From: Candidatus Chisholmbacteria bacterium RIFCSPHIGHO2_01_FULL_52_32
GTDB lineage: Bacteria; Patescibacteriota; Microgenomatia; UBA1400; Chisholmbacteraceae
DNA: 64,000 nt
Direction: 5' to 3'
Assembly (NCBI GenBank): GCA_001816585.1
Contig: MHCJ01000003.1
Location: 650,681-714,680, forward strand
Shown here: positions 37,848 to 46,328 of the stretch, one piece after another
Position numbering within the stretch: position 1 is the first letter of the stretch
Layout of the letters: the number at the start of each line of letters is the position of its first letter
The notes under the pieces: generated by a model
What the model was told of the DNA's origin: nothing
Database searches by the model: none
Seen by the model: the letters and a program-made list of their open reading frames with translations, nothing else
Position numbers and translations under genes: made by a program

Positions 37848-39025
37848 TTGGTTCTCTTTTGCAGAACAGATCTTGCGTAGATAACCAGCGCTCCCAAGCC
37901 TGCAAGACAACCCACAACTTCGACAAAAAATCCGATATACCTTGCTGTGTGCAGGAGGGTATATACCGCAAGACCGACGGCGAAACTGACATACACATGC
38001 ACCTTCTGATTGAGGATGCGTCCCAACCAATTCCCGATTGCGAGTCCGATAAAGACTTTGGCGATATACAGATCGATCAGAAGCAGCATGAAAAGGATCA
38101 GCGTCAGCGGGATTCCGACAAGCGTTACCATACCGAGTATGAATGCCGGACCGGCAAGCAGGAAGATCAGAAATCCCCATCCCAAACTGCTGAATAATTT
38201 CTTCTCCACCGTTTCTGCGACAATCTGGCTCTCTTTCGGGAAGAGCTTGAGGATCACCAGTCCGACGATGAGCGCGGCAAAATAGGACCAGATCCGGAAG
38301 CCGATCGTTAATCCGCGAAATATCCCCTGCCCGACATTCCTGATGTATTGTGGGCGTAATTCTTTTGCGAGAGAGAGTTGGCTGGGTATCACTTTGCGAA
38401 TTTTTCCGGATACTGTCGCTTCTCCGACAAAACGCGGTTCTTCTTCGCTGGAGTAGATAAGATCACCGTTTACCTTTGCACCTGATCCGAGCGTCAGGGC
38501 GCCGGCGCCCACCTGAATGTCCTTGGCGACAATTCCGTCAAGGGTGACTGCACCGCCGCCGCCGGTAATGCCCCGTCCGACATTGGCTTGCGAATCGATC
38601 GATCCTCCGCCAAACACCAACCCGCCGCCGATCTTCGTTTCTTTATCGATGGAAATGTTTCCGCCCACAACCGTAACAGAATCACCGACTTGAGCCTCAT
38701 CAATGCGTACATTTCCTCCGGCTGCACGGATGTCTTGTGTAATTTTCCCGGAGATTTCGACGTTTCCCCCCGCCGCCAGAACATCACCGTTGACCGTACC
38801 CCGAATCCTTACCATTCCGCCTGCGGCATAGACATCACCGTTCACCGTTCCCTCAACTAACACCTCTTGCCCGGTAATAAACAGATCATCGTTGACAACC
38901 TGGTTCTTGGGGACTGCCGCCACCCTTTCTTCCCCTGTCGTCGTGACCACCGCACCCCTTATTACCGGAACAAACAGGAAGGAAAACGCCAAACCAATGA
39001 CCAAAACGGAAAAGATTTTTTTCAT
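37844..39025 (-). CDS. bactofilin-like beta-helix repeat membrane protein
   Basis: Signal peptide, repeated GTVNGDVxAAGG, multi-TM C-terminus. Confidence 0.85.
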   Translation of the reverse strand: MKKIFSVLVIGLAFSFLFVPVIRGAVVTTTGEERVAAVPKNQVVNDDLFITGQEVLVEGTVNGDVYAAGGMVRIRGTVNGDVLAAGGNVEISGKITQDIRAAGGNVRIDEAQVGDSVTVVGGNISIDKETKIGGGLVFGGGSIDSQANVGRGITGGGGAVTLDGIVAKDIQVGAGALTLGSGAKVNGDLIYSSEEEPRFVGEATVSGKIRKVIPSQLSLAKELRPQYIRNVGQGIFRGLTIGFRIWSYFAALIVGLVILKLFPKESQIVAETVEKKLFSSLGWGFLIFLLAGPAFILGMVTLVGIPLTLILFMLLLIDLYIAKVFIGLAIGNWLGRILNQKVHVYVSFAVGLAVYTLLHTARYIGFFVEVVGCLAGLGALVIYARSVLQKRTK

Positions 39026-39119
39026 ATCTTTTTTACTATCAGCGGAAAGCTTTCTTACTATATATAATTTGTTGTCCGTGTTCAAGAAGATGGGTGGGTG
39101 TGAAGTGTACGAATCAGAT

Positions 39120-39325
39120 AATTATGAATCATGAATTATAAGAAGTTAAGGGAGGGTAAGGGGTGTTAAGGGAAATTAAAGGAAGTTAGGGGAAGTTAGG
39201 AGAGGCTAAGTGGTTGTAGGTCCGAGCTGCGCAAATGTTAAGGGTGTTTAAGGGAAGTTAAGGCCCCAGTGGGATAGTCAAGGCATCCCACGGGGTCGGT
39301 GAGAAGTTAAGGGAGGTTAAGGGAT
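39120..39325 (+). repeat. purine-rich AAGTTAAGGG tract with embedded hairpin
   Basis: CCCCAGTGGGAT..ATCCCACGGGG at 39264-39295. Confidence 0.8.
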
Positions 39326-39370
39326 TGCAGGACCTTTGCGTGTTTTTGCCGTATACTTAGAATCGATCCT

Positions 39371-39838
39371 ATGAAAAATAATCTTCCGGAGAAAATCCGG
39401 TTTACCAAGGAAGGGTACGCGAAGATGGAAGAGGAATTCCAAGCCTTAACGGATGAACGGGTGGAAATCCTGGTGCGGCTGCAAACGGCCCGCGAGATGG
39501 GAGATTTATCCGAAAACGGTGCCTATACGGCAGCCCGCTTGGAGCTCGGATCAACCGACAGAAGGCTCCGCCAGCTACGCTACCTGATGCGTTTTGCCGA
39601 GGTGGTGGAGAGCAAATCCGCCGGAACCATCGACTTCGGCAGCCTGGTTACGCTTGATAACGGGAAGAAACAGATGATCTTCACTCTGGTCGGAAAGTAT
39701 GAATCCGATCCTGCCAAACAAAAACTGTCCATTGAGGGCCCGCTCGGAATGGCTCTCAAGGGAAAACGGGCAGGAGACACGGTGAAGGTACATGCCCCGG
39801 CAGGGACGACAACCTACCGCGTGGTGAAGGTGGAGTGA
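39371..39838 (+). CDS. greA: GreA/GreB family transcription elongation factor
   Basis: AREMGDLSENGAY..PLGMALKGK. Confidence 0.9.
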   Translation: MKNNLPEKIRFTKEGYAKMEEEFQALTDERVEILVRLQTAREMGDLSENGAYTAARLELGSTDRRLRQLRYLMRFAEVVESKSAGTIDFGSLVTLDNGKKQMIFTLVGKYESDPAKQKLSIEGPLGMALKGKRAGDTVKVHAPAGTTTYRVVKVE

Positions 39839-39860
39839 GAATTAGGCACGGGAGGCTTAC

Positions 39861-39937
39861 TTGACAATAAGGTTTACAATTATATTGACAATTATTTAGG
39901 GCAAAGCTTGACACAAAACTTGACAATAAGCTTTACC
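39861..39937 (+). promoter_or_regulatory. array of TTGACA-like boxes with 12-bp phasing upstream of fic
   Basis: Boxes at 39861, 39873, 39885, 39908, 39920, 39932. Confidence 0.65.
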
Positions 39938-39961
39938 ATTGTGTAGTCTTGAAAGAGAAGT

Positions 39962-40981
39962 ATGCTCCGCCCCAGGTACAAACGCACCAATAAGATCCTC
40001 ACCAACATCGCCGAGATCGAGCGGCTGTACGGGCAGATTGAGGCAATCCGGATCCCCGAGAAACTGGAGCTCAACCTCAAGCGGGACAACCTGATTAAAT
40101 CCACCTACGCCTCAAACCGCATCGAAGGAAACCCCTTAACACTTCCCGAAGTGACCAACCTCCTTTTGGATGAGCGGGTGCCGACGAACCGGGACGAAAA
40201 GGAAGTGGTCAGTTACTTTACGCTTCTGTCGGAGCTTGACCGGTTCAAGGACAGCGAACTCTCTTTGGAACTCGTGCGCGACTTTCATGGGCGGGTACTG
40301 GCGGGCGTGGATGAGACGGCAGGCAGAATCAGAGACCGGAAGGTCGTGGTCGGCAAGTATCTCGGGGAGCGGGGATCAATGACGCTCAGAGTAAAGCATG
40401 ATCCCCCTTTCCATGCCCGCGAGAAGATCGAGGCAGCTTTGACGGACCTTCTTCTGTGGACGGGAAAGGCGGGCAATTTGCCGACCGTTCTTAAGACCGG
40501 GATTTTCCACCACGAATTCGTGTACATCCACCCGTTTGAGGACGGGAACGGCCGCGTCTGCCGCATGCTGACGTCGCTTTTATTTATTAAAGACGGGTAC
40601 CGGATCAATAAATACTTCATCCTGGACGATTACTACGACATCGATAAGATCCTCTACTCGGACCAATTGCATTCCGCCGATAACGGGGACAAGACCGCGT
40701 GGCTTGAGTATTTCTCTGACGGGGTCAAGTATTCCCTGATCGGGGCACTCGACCGGGTGAAGAACGCGGCACGGACCCTTTCCCACAGGGACCGGCCGAC
40801 GAAGAAGGAAAGCGAGGTCCTGGCAATCATGCAGGAGCAACCGGAGATGACCTCGACTGAGATCGCCGCAAAAATCGGGGTTACCCGGCAACAAGCGCAC
40901 AACCTGCTTTCTTCACTGGTCCGGAAAAGCCTGATCGAGCGCAAAGGAACGACGAAGTCGAGCTACTATATCATTAAGTGA
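39962..40981 (+). CDS. Fic family protein with C-terminal winged helix
   Basis: SNRIEGN, HPFEDGNGRVCR, EIAAKIGVTRQQA. Confidence 0.93.
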   Translation: MLRPRYKRTNKILTNIAEIERLYGQIEAIRIPEKLELNLKRDNLIKSTYASNRIEGNPLTLPEVTNLLLDERVPTNRDEKEVVSYFTLLSELDRFKDSELSLELVRDFHGRVLAGVDETAGRIRDRKVVVGKYLGERGSMTLRVKHDPPFHAREKIEAALTDLLLWTGKAGNLPTVLKTGIFHHEFVYIHPFEDGNGRVCRMLTSLLFIKDGYRINKYFILDDYYDIDKILYSDQLHSADNGDKTAWLEYFSDGVKYSLIGALDRVKNAARTLSHRDRPTKKESEVLAIMQEQPEMTSTEIAAKIGVTRQQAHNLLSSLVRKSLIERKGTTKSSYYIIK

Positions 40982-41053
40982 TAAGGGAAAAGGAATCAGT
41001 GATAAGGGATGAGGAGTCTTTCGACTCCTTCGACTTCGCTCAGGATAAAGGTT

Positions 41054-41223
41054 TAGGGTATAGAGCGGAGAGCATAGAGCAGAGAGGAGAGAGGAGAGCG
41101 GAGAGCTTAGGGCATAGAGCTTAGAGCAGAGAGGAGAGAGGAGAGCGGAGAGCTTAGGGCATAGAGCTTAGAGCAGAGAGCGGAGGGGAGAGGGGAAAGG
41201 ATGGAGGGGAGAGGGTAGAGGGT
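41054..41223 (+). repeat. purine-rich heptamer-based tract (nnAGAGC) with an internal higher-order duplication
   Basis: AGAGCAGAGAGGAGAGAGGAGAGCGGAGAGCTTAGGGCATAGAGCTT occurs twice in tandem. Confidence 0.9.
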
Positions 41224-42534
41224 TTAGTCAGGCTCGTAGAACCAATTCCAATCCGGATCGATCACTTCCTGAATGCTGCTCTTTTTCATCTTGTAGATGC
41301 CGTCTTCGAATACCGTCTGCCAGGTGCCTTCGTAGAAGTGGAAATCCGCTTCTCCATCCACCCAATTTTTCGTCGAGAATTTGACAAAGACGGTATCGTT
41401 TTTCCCTGCTGCCTGTTTTGTCACGAAGATTTGGACGTCCAGGACATCGGTGAAGCGGTTGGACCACTCCTCAAAATCGGTCTTTTGCAGATACTCTCTG
41501 CTTAGGAGCCTGAAACCGTCCTCCATCCGCCGCGCCTTGAGGTAGGTATAGAAGGCTTTGACCGCTTCTTCGGGCGAAACGGCTGGATCGGCCTTGATCT
41601 TGGCAATATCCTGGTCGGTAAAGGTCGGCCAGAGGTGCTGAATGGAGTCGCCGGAGACGAAAAATGAGGTCCCCGCGATGGACGCGGTATTGATTCCGAC
41701 CACTTCCCCGCATTGATCGACGACCGGCCCGCCGCTCATCCCATCCGCAAGATCCAGATTTATTTGCAGGAAATCAAGGGGATTCTTTTTTGACCGCCGC
41801 AGGCTTGCAAAATTCCCTTTGTAGACGGTGACTTCTCCGGGAAGACCCGTCCCGAAGGCGTAGCCGGCGGACATTACCGGTTCATTGGGCTGCAGCAATT
41901 CCGGCGAAGAGAACGAGAGCACCATGCCGCTTTGCTTTTCTCCGAGATACAGGAGGGCAAGGTCCGCATCTTTGTTGGCGGTGATGTTTTCCGGTGTCGT
42001 AAAATTACCGCTCGGGAAAATGACCTTCGGGCTCGGCTCACCGTCAATGACATGGAAGCTGGTCAGGACCTGGTTCGGAGCGACAAAGAATCCCGATCCC
42101 TCGGAATAACCCCCCACCACGCGGACGACCGATCCCTGGAGGTTCCTTGTCGTTAACCATTCGGAACAGAGGAATTTTTGATATCCCCCGAAGCGCTCGA
42201 CCAGGTAACCGAAGCGGTACTCCGTAAAGATGAAGTAGGAAAAGATGGCAGCCCAAAAGACGGTTTTTGCGAAGTTCTTTTTGCTCCTCAACGGCCAAAT
42301 CAGCAGATAAAAGGCGAGTTTGACAAGCCTGGTGATGAACTTAAGGAGGAGGAGACCTATGTAGTAAAGGCTGTAGGTGAACAGTTTAATTGGGAAAAGC
42401 GGAAGGGGAAAGAGGAGGTGGCGGATATAGGCCTTCGTGAGGGCGACCGCGAGGTGAACGCTTCTAAAGAGCTTTATCTTAAGCGTCCTTGTCCAGGGGA
42501 AGGTATTCGTGAAGAACCGTTTTAGGCCCCGCAT
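41224..42534 (-). CDS. membrane-anchored trypsin-like serine protease
   Basis: GSGFF, LTSFHV, DLALL, GMSGGP. Confidence 0.9.
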   Translation of the reverse strand: MRGLKRFFTNTFPWTRTLKIKLFRSVHLAVALTKAYIRHLLFPLPLFPIKLFTYSLYYIGLLLLKFITRLVKLAFYLLIWPLRSKKNFAKTVFWAAIFSYFIFTEYRFGYLVERFGGYQKFLCSEWLTTRNLQGSVVRVVGGYSEGSGFFVAPNQVLTSFHVIDGEPSPKVIFPSGNFTTPENITANKDADLALLYLGEKQSGMVLSFSSPELLQPNEPVMSAGYAFGTGLPGEVTVYKGNFASLRRSKKNPLDFLQINLDLADGMSGGPVVDQCGEVVGINTASIAGTSFFVSGDSIQHLWPTFTDQDIAKIKADPAVSPEEAVKAFYTYLKARRMEDGFRLLSREYLQKTDFEEWSNRFTDVLDVQIFVTKQAAGKNDTVFVKFSTKNWVDGEADFHFYEGTWQTVFEDGIYKMKKSSIQEVIDPDWNWFYEPD

Positions 42535-42612
42535 GATGCCATATTGTAGCACGGGTTATGGGATATGAATTATGAATTATGAATTATGAATTAAGATTTG
42601 AGAATTGAGAAG

Positions 42613-43722
42613 TCAGCGTTGGTCTCCCTGCGCGAGGTTTTTGTTGTAGAAGAGGGACAGATCGAATTCCTGCTTGGCTTTTTCTTCCTCTCCCTTTTGG
42701 CGGTAGATTTCTCCCCGAATTTGGTAGAGCTCCGAGAAGGCGCGGTTCCCTCCGTTTAAAATATTGTCCGTTATCGCAAACACCCTGTCGTCGTCGCCGA
42801 GTTTTTGATAGGCGAGAATCGGTTCAATCTGATACCAGAGCATGCGCCGGGGAAGCCTGGTTTCCACCTGTTCAAAAGCTTTTACAGACTCTTCATTGTG
42901 TCCCAGGTGCTGGTCGGCAACGGAGAGGTTAAAGAGGGGGTAGATATTTTGCGGGTCGAGCCCGTGTTCTTGCTCGGCGCGCTGACGGGCGTTGTCCCAG
43001 GCGACGGCTTCATCCATTTCCAGGCCAATGATCGCTTCAACCAGGGCCTCCTGTTCTTCCTTATAGATAACGATGTAGCCGAAGTTAAACGGCTGCCACA
43101 TCGAGAGAAAGTCATAGTAGGCGATCCGCTTGTTCGGCCCTTGGTACGAGTCATCCTGGATGATCAGTTTCTTTTCTTCGTCGAAGCCCCGAACGATGCG
43201 AAAGTGCCCGATGTCCTCATCGACCTTCAGCCAGGTTTTGACCACGACCGGAATGCCATTGTTCGTTAACACTTTGAGGAGGCGGATGTCCCCATTTGGC
43301 CGATGAAGCGCCTTTACACCATAGTGCTGGGCCCAAGCGACGAACTCACGGGGGAAGATCGTTTTGTCGTCATTGTCCCCTTTGGGATTTTGGTACGGGC
43401 GCATTTGATCTGCGAGTTCTTTTTGGGACACCGAGATTCCGAAATATGACAGCATCATGGAGAGGGTGGCCGGGCCGCAGTTGTTGAAAGTCTGATAGAC
43501 GTGGGTCGGGCCGGGAAGGAGGGTCGAGCTGCCGGGTTCCCTGACCGGAGTGTCCGGTTTTTCCTGTTCGGTTTCCGCTTTTGGCTCCGCTTCCGCGCTT
43601 GCCTCCCGGGGTGCTTCGATGAATTTGGTTTCAACGGCTGGCCTGGGCCTATTGAAAATAGCATACGCACTGATTGCTATGAGAAAAACCGATGCCACGA
43701 GAAGAAGGATTGTTCTTCGCAT
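42613..43722 (-). CDS. C39-like peptidase with TPR repeats
   Basis: QTFNNCGPA, GHFRIVRGFD, DDS; TPR-like C-terminus. Confidence 0.87.
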   Translation of the reverse strand: MRRTILLLVASVFLIAISAYAIFNRPRPAVETKFIEAPREASAEAEPKAETEQEKPDTPVREPGSSTLLPGPTHVYQTFNNCGPATLSMMLSYFGISVSQKELADQMRPYQNPKGDNDDKTIFPREFVAWAQHYGVKALHRPNGDIRLLKVLTNNGIPVVVKTWLKVDEDIGHFRIVRGFDEEKKLIIQDDSYQGPNKRIAYYDFLSMWQPFNFGYIVIYKEEQEALVEAIIGLEMDEAVAWDNARQRAEQEHGLDPQNIYPLFNLSVADQHLGHNEESVKAFEQVETRLPRRMLWYQIEPILAYQKLGDDDRVFAITDNILNGGNRAFSELYQIRGEIYRQKGEEEKAKQEFDLSLFYNKNLAQGDQR

Positions 43723-43868
43723 GGGGATATTATAGACGGGGAAGGTCAAAAAGCGTATGGCGAATGGCAAATAGCAAATAGCTAATAGCAGATGGCATAT
43801 AGCTTATAGCTTATGGCGTATAGCTGATAGCGAAGAGCAGGAGATCAGAGAGAAGTTAAGGGGGAAGA

Positions 43869-44063
43869 TTACTTTCTTCGGGGAGGTGCTTCTCCACCGC
43901 GACTGCCGCGGAGTTCGTTTACTACCCTCCCGGTTGGGTCAACACGACGGAGGAACGATTCGCCGGTGAGGGGGGTCGTCTCCAGCTCTACTTTGTTGCC
44001 TTTTTCGTCAACTTCCAAGGTTGTCGGTTTTGGGTGAAACATTTCTTCTACCTGATCGGGCAT
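43869..44063 (-). CDS. small hypothetical protein
   Basis: MPDQVEEMFHP..; TATAAT just upstream. Confidence 0.5.
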   Translation of the reverse strand: MPDQVEEMFHPKPTTLEVDEKGNKVELETTPLTGESFLRRVDPTGRVVNELRGSRGGEAPPRRK

Positions 44064-44175
44064 ACTACTATTATAGTATAATCCGCTCTTTTGAATTTTG
44101 CACTCTATGCACCTCATTGTACGTAATTTATGTCTAGACAATGGGGTACAATGGGTTTATAAACAATCCGTGCGT

Positions 44176-44661
44176 ATGGGACAGGTTTTTTTCCTTTTTG
44201 TGATATCGCTTGTGTTGTCTGCCTGTACGCTGACGTGGCCGAAAGACATCGAGGTTCCCAATGAATCCGAAATTAACCCACCGCCTACGGAGGTGACAAT
44301 GACACCGGCACCTGACGCGACACTCAAGATTGAAGATATGTACGGCGGGACCGGACCCGAGGCAAAGGATGGAGACCGGGTTTCCGTTCACTACACCGGG
44401 ACTTTTCCGGACGGCGGGAAGTTTGACAGCTCTATTGACCGCAAAGAGCCGTTTGAGTTTACGCTGGGAAAAGGGGAGGTCATCCGCGGTTGGGATATCG
44501 GTGTTGCCGGTATGCAGGTCGGCGCGAAGCGGCGGCTGACTGTTCCGCCGCAGTTTGCCTACGGGGAGCGGGGGGCCGGGAATGTCATACCGCCGAATGC
44601 GACGCTTATCTTTGAAATCGACTTACTTGCGATTAATCCTCCGAAGGAATCCAGTTTTTAG
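44176..44661 (+). CDS. FKBP-type peptidyl-prolyl isomerase lipoprotein
   Basis: Lipobox LSAC; [28 protein letters not shown]. Confidence 0.93.
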   Translation: MGQVFFLFVISLVLSACTLTWPKDIEVPNESEINPPPTEVTMTPAPDATLKIEDMYGGTGPEAKDGDRVSVHYTGTFPDGGKFDSSIDRKEPFEFTLGKGEVIRGWDIGVAGMQVGAKRRLTVPPQFAYGERGAGNVIPPNATLIFEIDLLAINPPKESSF

Positions 44662-44711
44662 ATCTTCCTTTGTTTGTGATCCATGTTCCTTCTTTGCGCA
44701 CACAAAGTAGG

Positions 44712-44900
44712 TTGCCCCTTTCTTTGCATGCCCAAAGAAAGCGGCGAAAGAAAGGGCACCCCAGTGAACGATCTCTCGGGAACTTGTTCGCTCATATTAT
44801 GTCATCAAACTCCTCGGGATAAACCCTTCGTCAGGCAGTCGATGACTTCTTAAAGGAATTCGCTCACGTCGTTCTCGAGTAGCTGCGTTCAAAGGGGTTT
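44712..44900. repeat. structured intergenic element (REP/MITE-like)
   Basis: GCCCCTTTCTTTG..CAAAGAAAGCGGCGAAAGAAAGGGCACCC and downstream complementary segments. Confidence 0.55.
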
Positions 44901-44945
44901 CAACATGAAGCTGACGACTGAAGGCTGAAGACGATACCCTATACG

Positions 44946-45338
44946 CTAGACGCTTTGTCCGGCTTTGACCGGCATTTCTCCAATGTACTTTTTGGCTTTT
45001 TCCAACAGTTCCGCGAGGGTGACGTTGACTTTGAGGAGGTACTCTTTCGCACCCAATTTGCGGGCGGACTCCCCTTCTTCGGCGAGGTTCGTCATGACAA
45101 TAACCGGAATATCTTTCGTTACCTCGGAAAGCTTCAACTGCTGGAGAACGTCAAAGCCGTTCATCCCGCCCGGAAGCATGATGTCGAGGATAATCAGGTC
45201 CGGTTTTCCCAACGTAGCTTTCGAGAGCCCCGACTGGCCGTCTCCGGCAAGATCAACCGCAAAACCTACTTGGGTGAATTTCTTCTGATAGGCAAGGGCT
45301 AAGGGCTGGTCGTCTTCGACAACAAGAATTTTTTTCAT
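44946..45338 (-). CDS. single-domain response regulator
   Basis: VVEDD, LDIMLP, MTN, K. Confidence 0.93.
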   Translation of the reverse strand: MKKILVVEDDQPLALAYQKKFTQVGFAVDLAGDGQSGLSKATLGKPDLIILDIMLPGGMNGFDVLQQLKLSEVTKDIPVIVMTNLAEEGESARKLGAKEYLLKVNVTLAELLEKAKKYIGEMPVKAGQSV

Positions 45339-45721
45339 TCCTTACTCTTCTGATACACGCGAAGGACTTCTCTGATGGTGTTGACGAGGGTGTTTAAAGA
45401 CGTCTCCGCTTTCACCAACAGACGATACTCACCGAGGGCAACGATCTTCGAAACCTTTTCGCCTTCGGAGAGGTTGGTAAAAACGATCACGGGGATTTTG
45501 GTTCTTTCCGGATCGGTGCGGAGCCTTTCTAAAAACCACACCCCATCGGTGAAGGGCAAGATGACGTCGAGGATGATGCAGTCGACCGGTTCCCGGTTGA
45601 CGATCTCCCACCCCTTCTTACCACTGTCAGCGGTCGTCACTTCAAAGCCTTCTTTCTCAAGTTTCGTCTTTACGGCTGTCACGAGCTCCGGTTCGTCTTC
45701 GATCACCAGGATCTTACTCAT
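45335..45721 (-). CDS. single-domain response regulator
   Basis: VIEDE, LDVILP, FTN, K. Confidence 0.92.
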   Translation of the reverse strand: MSKILVIEDEPELVTAVKTKLEKEGFEVTTADSGKKGWEIVNREPVDCIILDVILPFTDGVWFLERLRTDPERTKIPVIVFTNLSEGEKVSKIVALGEYRLLVKAETSLNTLVNTIREVLRVYQKSKE

Positions 45722-46119
45722 TATGTTCCTCCTTTATTGAGATATTGACGGATCTCCTCAACGATTTCTTCGAGGCGTTTCTCAGCCTTTAGGAAATACT
45801 TCTGTGCCCCCAGTGCGATCATGGCGTTGACTTTGTCCGGGCCGGCCGTGTTTGAAACCACGAACACGGGGATACCGGCAAGCTTTGGGTCGGCTTTGAT
45901 TTTGGTGAGGAACTCCAGACCGCTCATCGCCGGGAGGTAATAATCAAGCCAGATGAGCGAAGGGGGTTTGGGGAGGTCCTTCAGGATCCCGAGTGCCCGG
46001 CTGCCGTCCTGGGCCGTCCGTGTTTCAAACCCGGAAAGCTCAAGCTTCTTTTGGATTGCCGAAAGCAACGGGAGTTCATCTTCGATGACCAGGATCAGCG
46101 CTTTCTTCCCCGGCTCCAT
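45721..46119 (-). CDS. single-domain response regulator
   Basis: VIEDE, LDYYLP, VSN, K. Confidence 0.92.
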   Translation of the reverse strand: MEPGKKALILVIEDELPLLSAIQKKLELSGFETRTAQDGSRALGILKDLPKPPSLIWLDYYLPAMSGLEFLTKIKADPKLAGIPVFVVSNTAGPDKVNAMIALGAQKYFLKAEKRLEEIVEEIRQYLNKGGT

Positions 46120-46159
46120 AGTTTCCCCTTTCTTTCCTTGAGTGCAACGCGCTTGTTTT

Positions 46160-46282
46160 GAGATCGCGGAGCGAAAATTTCTTGGTCACAAACGGTGCAA
46201 TCTTGATAAGTATTCTCTGCTGTACTTTGTACCAGACAATTTGTCTGGCCTATGTGACCGGCGAAATTTGTTCCGCGCTCTC
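46160..46282. repeat. inverted-repeat-bounded element, copy 1
   Basis: GAGATCGCGGAGCGAAAATTT...AAATTTGTTCCGCGCTCTC; similar to 61849-61980. Confidence 0.7.
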
Positions 46283-46328
46283 TTGAAAGATTATTGAGTG
46301 CGAAACTCTTGCTCCCTTGAGTGTAACG

